This document shows, piece after piece, positions 58,818-64,000 of a DNA stretch of 64,000 nucleotides. The notes beneath the pieces are model-generated. The model was given only the letters and a program-made list of their open reading frames with translations. It did not search any database and had not been told where the DNA came from. A program made the position numbers and the translations under genes. Location of the stretch: positions 61,635 to 125,634 of the IMG/VR virus record IMGVR_UViG_3300045988_101018. The stretch is one strand, 5' to 3'. The DNA comes from a virus. Position 1 is the first letter of the stretch; every line of letters begins with the position of its first letter.

Positions 58818-59024
58818 TTATAAGTCAACGATTAAATTGTTCTCTTTGATAAGCCGCCTTGCAATACATGGGTTAATATGTTTCTTTTTAGCTAGCACAA
58901 TAGTACCGTTACCGTCTCCACGTTTGTATATACAATGGTCGCCAGTACACCGCACATAGGCATACCCATTGCGCTTGACAATCTTAGTCATTTCAAGGTA
59001 GGTGTATTGCCGCATTTTCGCCAT
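58818..59024 (-). CDS. hicA: HicA-family toxin (mRNA interferase-like), no adjacent HicB
   Basis: 68 aa; KIVKRNGYAYVRCTGDHCIYKRGDGNGTIVLAKKKHINPCIARRLIKE matches HicA G-DH-IY...G consensus. Confidence 0.6.
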   Translation of the reverse strand: MAKMRQYTYLEMTKIVKRNGYAYVRCTGDHCIYKRGDGNGTIVLAKKKHINPCIARRLIKENNLIVDL

Positions 59025-59121
59025 GACTGCCCCAATCTCTAGCAGGTTTTAACTTAATATAAATATATCATATGCTTGCCATGTATGTAGGTTATTCATA
59101 TAATCTACATATTTATATTGA

Positions 59122-59153
59122 TAAAAGAAAAGGGACTAGTCTCCCAGTCCCTT
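59122..59153 (-). terminator. rho-independent terminator (GGGACTGG..AGTCCC + U-run)
   Basis: read directly. Confidence 0.6.
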
Positions 59154-59158
59154 AGTTA

Positions 59159-59398
59159 TTAAAAAAGCGATGCAAGGGCGCTATTACGACTACCAACAGC
59201 ATACAGCTCACCATCTGCTCGGCTAATCCATTCAGCGCCATTTATGCCATAGGTGCCACGGCTATATGCGATGCACTGTAGCTTGAGGTTTCGCGTGTAC
59301 TCATACCAATCATCGCGCCCATACTCGGCACTTAGGTCGTGGGCGATGCCGTATGCAATATCCTCTCGTATGTCCTTCTGACGCACTCGCTTAGTCAA
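59159..59398 (-). CDS. hypothetical small protein
   Basis: 79 aa ORF between two terminators. Confidence 0.45.
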   Translation of the reverse strand: MTKRVRQKDIREDIAYGIAHDLSAEYGRDDWYEYTRNLKLQCIAYSRGTYGINGAEWISRADGELYAVGSRNSALASLF

Positions 59399-59545
59399 TT
59401 TAGGTGCCTTCTTTCTGCTCGGCTTTGCTTTACTTGTCTATATAATACCTAATATCTATTCTATATTGTCGTGAATGTTTTACTTCACAAAGTCTACACA
59501 TCTATATCGACAAAAGAAAAGGCGGTATCTCTACCGCCTTAATCT

Positions 59546-59713
59546 CTGCTAGGCAATCATGATAATATCGAATGGCTCGATACTGTCAAGGATATACCAA
59601 TCACATGCGCCGTCTAAAGCCTTTACGTCCTCTGGTGCATCGCCCCAAGTGCCGCTATAGACCTCCTTGCCGCCCACGTAGGTAATGACCTTCTGCTCGT
59701 CCCTAACGTCCAT
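59546..59713 (-). CDS. small hypothetical protein (~55 aa, MDVRDEQKVITYVGGKEVYSG...)
   Basis: below cutoff; RBS GGGTAAGAAG; flanked by conserved CTTCACAAAGTCTACACAT element and terminator. Confidence 0.35.
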
Positions 59714-59874
59714 CTTCTTACCCTTCTGCTATTGTCAACCCATCGGGCTTATCCCCTTTGGTTGATATTATTATTGCACTGATAGAGTCTATGAGTATCG
59801 AGAATCTTTAACTTCACAAAGTCTACACATATCAATGGTCAAAAAAAGACCGCCTAAATATAGGCGGTCTAGCT

Positions 59875-60120
59875 TTAGCAAAAGTCATCCAAGGTAAACA
59901 TAAATGCCGCTGCTTCTCTATCGCTAGAGATAAAATCGCCACGGTAATTCACGAACTCGCGCACAAAATCTCTATGCTGCTTCACAAAATCATCAAATGC
60001 TTCTGTCGCTTCTCGCTGTCCCGCTACCTCCCTATTATGCTTATTTGCATCATAGATAAAATCATAGTTACTATCGAACTTAGCGAGAAAATCAGCAATG
60101 TTAAAATTGAAAACCATCAT
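59875..60120 (-). CDS. hypothetical small acidic protein
   Basis: 81 aa; conserved leader GGGAAACCAAAAGAAAGG upstream. Confidence 0.45.
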   Translation of the reverse strand: MMVFNFNIADFLAKFDSNYDFIYDANKHNREVAGQREATEAFDDFVKQHRDFVREFVNYRGDFISSDREAAAFMFTLDDFC

Positions 60121-60236
60121 TCAACCTTTCTTTTGGTTTCCCTTGTTGGTTAAATGATACCATAGCTTTGCTATGTTCACGTTATCTTCACATATATACA
60201 CGCAAAAATAAGCCCACCATTTAGGTGGGCTTGTCG

Positions 60237-60455
60237 CTATCCCCTATAGTCTAGCTTGACAACGCAACTAGAGTGACCATCACGTTGCACATATGCGTCT
60301 GGTTCAATAGCCCTTACCTTGCAATTGTCAAGCCACGGGCGCTTTTGCACCATATCAAACGGGTAGCCCTCAATCGTAAGCGGTGCCTTATCTATGGCAA
60401 ATACCGAAACGTTGACCATGCCGCTCCATACACTTCGCAAATCTTTGAATAACAT
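60237..60455 (-). CDS. hypothetical small protein (start trimmed to MLFKDLRS)
   Basis: conserved leader GAAACCAAACGAAAGG 8 nt upstream of ATG. Confidence 0.45.
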   Translation of the reverse strand: MLFKDLRSVWSGMVNVSVFAIDKAPLTIEGYPFDMVQKRPWLDNCKVRAIEPDAYVQRDGHSSCVVKLDYRG

Positions 60456-60689
60456 TTTGTACCGCCTTTCGTTTGGTTTCTTTCGTTGATTAGATATTAC
60501 CATGCTTTACTTGTCTCCATACCATCTTCACAAAATTATATCCAGACAAAAGTTTCTAATGGTTAACTAAAAAAATAGACATAACTGTAGCTCAATAAAT
60601 AAGTCATTATGAGTGGCGTATGTAGGTCGCTTTGTCCTCCCGACTAGTTACATAATACCATACTTTTAGGTTGTGTAAGTGTGATCTAC

Positions 60690-61150
60690 GAACTCCATAA
60701 TTTCTCCACAAATGAACACACAATAATATAATTCCGTATAGGCTGTCAATAGATTTTCCATGTTGATTTTCCAACCATAGAACCTCCATAATCTTCCGCG
60801 CTAGTCTCAAATGTTCCGCTATCTTTTCCGACTAGTCCGATAACATTTATCCGTATAAGGCACTGCAAGGCGATTTAAGACGTGGTTTTTTCCGCGCCTT
60901 GTCCGACTAGGGACTATCGTTTTTCCATGCCTTAAAACGCATTTGGTGGGCTTGTTTTTTCCATGCTTGCTAGATTTTCCGTAGTTCTTCCGTGGTGTGA
61001 GTGTCTAGTTTGTCCAGCAAAGTGTTATCTTTTTCGTAGTATTTTCCGTAACGTGTGCGTAGTTTATCCGTAATGCGATTATTCCAGTAGCATTTTTCCG
61101 TATTATTTTTCGTGATATGGTTTTGTTTTAGTAGCATTTTTTCCAAAAAA
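60690..61150. repeat. array of >20 degenerate TTTTCCGT / TTTTCCAT / TTATCCGTA / TTCTCCACA motifs (DnaA-box-like), no credible ORF
   Basis: motifs counted by eye; AT-rich, ORF-track hits look spurious. Confidence 0.45.
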
Positions 61151-61174
61151 AAAGAGCGGATATTTAATCCGCTC
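61146..61174 (-). terminator. rho-independent terminator (GAGCGGAT...ATCCGCTC + U9)
   Basis: read directly. Confidence 0.65.
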
Positions 61175-61182
61175 AATTTTTC

Positions 61183-61344
61183 CTAGCCGAAAATATGCCA
61201 AACATCCGCAGGGTATCCAGTTGCTAGGCACACCAAAAAGCAAAACAACCTAACCGCGATTATTCCAACGAAACCCCAGAAAACCCCAGTCAAAACCTCC
61301 TTGCCGCTTTCAGTGCTTGCCCAGTCTGCAATTTTCCGAAACAT
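61183..61344 (-). CDS. small membrane protein (~53 aa, MFRKIADWASTESGKEVLTGVFWGFVGIIAVRLFCFLV...)
   Basis: RBS GGAAAGGTGA before ATG; one TM helix. Confidence 0.4.
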   Translation of the reverse strand: MFRKIADWASTESGKEVLTGVFWGFVGIIAVRLFCFLVCLATGYPADVWHIFG

Positions 61345-61399
61345 TTTTTCACCTTTCCAGTCTGTTTCGCGTACCACTCTATTTTAGCGCGTTTTGATA

Positions 61400-61700
61400 T
61401 TTTCCAGCCTATGATTTTCCAGCGCGTCAAATCTCCACAAATGCTCCACGGTTTCTCCATATTCCAGTCTAGGATTTTCTCCATGAAACCTCTACAAAGA
61501 TTCCATAATTCCTCCATCAAAGTTCCACGAAACTTCCATCAAAGCTCCATAGCTTTTCCATCAGATGCACATAAAATCTCCATCAAAGTTCCATAGATTC
61601 TCCACATTTTCTCCATAATTATGGATCCTCCACAATGTCTACATATTTTCTCCACAGCTTCTCCATGAAAAAATTACAGAATCTCCATAACTTTTTCCAT
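61400..61700. repeat. phased array of TCCA(T/C) motifs at 11-bp (and 22-bp) spacing over ~24 helical turns
   Basis: TCCA start positions 61434,61445,61456,61502,61513,61524,61535,61546,61557,61579,61590,61601,61612,61651,61662,61684,61696 measured from sequence. Confidence 0.6.
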
Positions 61701-61731
61701 AAAAAAAGGGGAACTCGGGATAGAGTTCCCC
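61701..61731 (-). terminator. rho-independent terminator (GGGGAACTC...GAGTTCCCC + U7)
   Basis: read directly; immediately downstream of gene 61741-62163. Confidence 0.65.
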
Positions 61732-61740
61732 TAATTCTAG

Positions 61741-62163
61741 CTAGTATTCGGGTTCCTCCCAATACCAGTAATGTATGGTCGCTTCATTCATGATAGCACA
61801 TGCAACATCGGTTGCCGAAAAATCGCTATTGTCGTCAATGTCGGTGTGCTCGTATATGTCTTTTGCGATATGCTCCACAACGTCAAGATATTTGCCGCTA
61901 TCGTCCTCGATAGTTTCGTTATCGCGGACAAAATCAAGCATATGCTCATATGCAACGCTACTACCAGCGTTATACCAGTCGCGTTTGATGCACATATTCA
62001 TGATGCACCTTGGTGACGTGTTCCAGCAGTAGTGACGCAGCGCGTTACGTGTAGTGTTCATGATTGTACCTTTCTTTTTGGTGGTTGGTTGGTTGGTTGG
62101 TTGATAACCCACAATACGGGCGCACGGTAGTAGTTTTAGATAGCGTAGTAAATATACGTCCAA
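61741..62163 (-). CDS. hypothetical protein (GC-richer module); leader carries (AACC)6 tract
   Basis: 140 aa ORF; probable start MNTTRNAL after ACCAAAAAGAAAGG. Confidence 0.45.
   Translation of the reverse strand: MDVYLLRYLKLLPCARIVGYQPTNQPTTKKKGTIMNTTRNALRHYCWNTSPRCIMNMCIKRDWYNAGSSVAYEHMLDFVRDNETIEDDSGKYLDVVEHIAKDIYEHTDIDDNSDFSATDVACAIMNEATIHYWYWEEPEY
62063..62087. repeat. tetranucleotide microsatellite (GGTT)6 in the 5' leader of gene 61741-62163
   Basis: ggttggttggttggttggttggtt read directly. Confidence 0.8.
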
Positions 62164-62167
62164 GGTT

Positions 62168-62455
62168 CTAAAGTGGTTGGATTAAGGCACGCAACACGGT
62201 AGAAGTCGTATCCGTTAATATGGTACTTTTCAACGCTAGTGTGCGAGCTATCGAGTCTGCTATGTTCGCCGTCCTCGCGGATAAAGTCAAGGCCATAGCT
62301 TTTCTTGACGGCTTTACGCCGTTGCGCCGTTGACAATACGTCCCAGTTAATTTTTGTGCAAGGTCGCCATCGTCAAGTGCGGTGCGAAACGTACCGATAT
62401 AGATACTAGTTTGTGCAACGCACTCGCGCATAAATTGAGCGGTGGAAACTTTCAT
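62168..62455 (-). CDS. hypothetical protein
   Basis: 95 aa ORF. Confidence 0.4.
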   Translation of the reverse strand: MKVSTAQFMRECVAQTSIYIGTFRTALDDGDLAQKLTGTYCQRRNGVKPSRKAMALTLSARTANIADSIARTLALKSTILTDTTSTVLRALIQPL

Positions 62456-62546
62456 AGTATGCTCCAGTCTTGCGCCCCGTATTGTAGGCTATCAACTTAT
62501 AGGTGCCACTTTAGGCAGGTGCTCAATCGAGCGCCTACCCGTGCCG

Positions 62547-62888
62547 TTATGCCCAGCTTGCGCGGTATACCGCTACGCCATAGCCGATGACGCTATCGTT
62601 TTTGAGAGCGTTACGCAGGTCTGTTATGGTAGCAGATACGCCCACGTAGTCCTCACAGAACTTGCGCACGTGCATCATCGTGGTGTTACTACAATCGTAG
62701 TCTTCGCCCAGCAGTAGCGCCATACCGTGATGCTCATGCTCAACGCCGTTATCATCGATAACAGTACCGTCAATCATGCCCAGCAGGGCAACGGGGGTTG
62801 CATAGCTAATTAGTTCGTAGCTGTTGTAAAAACCGTTGTTGTTGATATTGACGTGGGCAGAGCAATGCCGTAGTTGTTTCGTGGTCAT
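62547..62888 (-). CDS. hypothetical protein
   Basis: 113 aa ORF. Confidence 0.45.
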   Translation of the reverse strand: MTTKQLRHCSAHVNINNNGFYNSYELISYATPVALLGMIDGTVIDDNGVEHEHHGMALLLGEDYDCSNTTMMHVRKFCEDYVGVSATITDLRNALKNDSVIGYGVAVYRASWA

Positions 62889-63010
62889 AGTATGATCTCC
62901 ATTCTACTAGTTTACACGGGTTAACTATTTACCCGCCTAGAATGGCACCGATAATCGTTGCACAGTCCTGTTTTGGGCGGGTGCCCTATAAGGCGGGCAC
63001 CCTTGCACGG

Positions 63011-63322
63011 CTAGTAACCCAGTCGTTTGTCGAGATATTGACAATACAGTTCCTCAAGCGCCCAGTGAATTGTATATGCTCGATGATATTCAAGGTCGTT
63101 ATCTAACCCGCCATCTGTGACGCTGTTAACAGCGCCCTCAATCGTATTGGCGTATTGATAGACAAACCCGTCATACAACCGTGTAATCAACTCTGTTTCA
63201 AACGGCCCCGTACAGTCGCTATGCTCAATCTCGTATTGAGCGGTAAAAACGGCCTGTGCGGCGTTGTTCAATTCATCGTTGCCACTGATATAGGCGATGA
63301 TAGTTACCTCTGTGTTAGTCAT
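63011..63322 (-). CDS. hypothetical protein (start trimmed to MTNTEVTIIAY)
   Basis: conserved leader AACCAAACGAAAGG upstream of ATG. Confidence 0.45.
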   Translation of the reverse strand: MTNTEVTIIAYISGNDELNNAAQAVFTAQYEIEHSDCTGPFETELITRLYDGFVYQYANTIEGAVNSVTDGGLDNDLEYHRAYTIHWALEELYCQYLDKRLGY

Positions 63323-63739
63323 TTTATGCATCCTTTCGTTTGGTTTTGACGGATATTTACCCGCCCAAAACAGGACTTGCAACCACCCGCGCGGCGCGGG
63401 GTCAGTTTGTTTGGTTCGATATACAATTCTCAAGGTTCAAGATAGCTTTCCTGTAGTCTTGCAATGGTTTATCAGTTTGACCCACATCGCCACGCGCAAC
63501 AGGTACGCTACGCTGTCTCAAGACAGCACACCTATATAGATAACAGGTGCCTATATGTGTTTGGGTTGCTAACCCGCTGTTTGCTTTCGTCCTTTCGTTT
63601 GGGTTCCTGTTTGACGGCTCAAACTATGCAGTGCATAAAGTGGTTTGTGCGGTAATTCATATTTTGAACACAATTGCAATAAAACAGCAGGTAAACGATG
63701 GTATGGCAACGACCGAAACGGCTATATGCTACTAACACA

Positions 63740-64000
63740 TAGCTATATCACGTGCATAAAACAGGTCGATATATGCAAAAACGTGCATACTTAAGGTTCA
63801 AGTTTAGGTTTAAGGTTTCGGGGTCGATATGCATAAAACAGGTCGTTTTTTGCATAAAAACGCGGGTTTTTTGGGTGAAAACTGTATATTTTTATTTTTA
63901 GTTTCTACTGAAAGATATGTTGAAAACTTTGTTGTACAACTTTTTTTGTTGAAAACTTTGTTGAAAAGTCGTGGATCTGTTGAAAAGTTGTTGAAAACTT
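63740..64000. repeat. terminal repeat-rich region: TGCATAAAACAGGTCG x2, AAGGTTCAAG x2 and >=5 direct repeats of GTTGAAAA(C/G)T running off the window
   Basis: read directly; no ORF. Confidence 0.5.

Noticed and set aside
58646-59158. HicB antitoxin next to hicA
   Set aside because: Both flanks are non-coding terminator or promoter DNA; no ORF with an RHH or HicB fold was found.
60690-61740. CRISPR array
   Set aside because: Repeat units are only 8-11 bp, degenerate, and spaced at helical periodicity without unique spacers. No cas genes are present.
1-64000. Genome-wide stop-codon reassignment (TAG or TGA recoding) suggested by the amber codon in the methyltransferase and a TGA-split small ORF at 27345-27622
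   Set aside because: Long genes (polymerase 1060 aa, NrdD, helicases, ligase) are uninterrupted in the standard code, so recoding cannot be general. The TAG is treated as a point nonsense or suppressible site. The TGA case is two short ORFs or decay.

Overview
This AT-rich (~35% GC) window carries part of a large lambda-like temperate phage or prophage of a low-GC Gram-positive host. A plus-strand tail-fibre operon (1566-5411) converges on a repeat-rich putative attP (5640-6030). Downstream lies an arm-binding-type integrase (6035-7231). From ~64 kb down to 7.4 kb almost every gene is on the minus strand: a long early/middle region of many small acidic host-takeover-like genes followed by a DNA replication and nucleotide-metabolism module. 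Replication genes are a PolIII-alpha-like polymerase, RecD-like helicase, DnaB helicase, TOPRIM primase, AAA_24 ATPase, an SSB-like protein, a PD-(D/E)XK nuclease and a possible sliding clamp. Nucleotide genes are anaerobic RNR NrdD/NrdG, dUTPase, dCMP deaminase, nucleoside 2-deoxyribosyltransferase and a radical-SAM enzyme. A tRNA/RNA-repair module has a kinase-HD Pnk-like protein, an RNA ligase, a NifS/IscS-like cysteine desulfurase and a 10-gene tRNA array with its own terminators. Notable elements: nrdD is split inside its glycyl-radical motif by a ~0.67-kb intron-like sequence carrying an HNH endonuclease ORF. A second HNH-AP2 homing endonuclease is inserted with a duplicated gene end. 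A C5-cytosine methyltransferase carries an in-frame amber codon. A ~1.1-kb ORF-free, GC-richer region next to the tRNA array is a candidate large structured ncRNA. There are three tyrosine recombinases, an orphan HicA toxin and two RHH paralogs. Several conserved intergenic motif families are present, including a 6-copy early-promoter/operator motif, DnaA-box-like clusters, and a striking array of TCCA motifs phased at 11 bp over ~270 bp. All functional calls rest on motif recognition by eye; no database searches were run.
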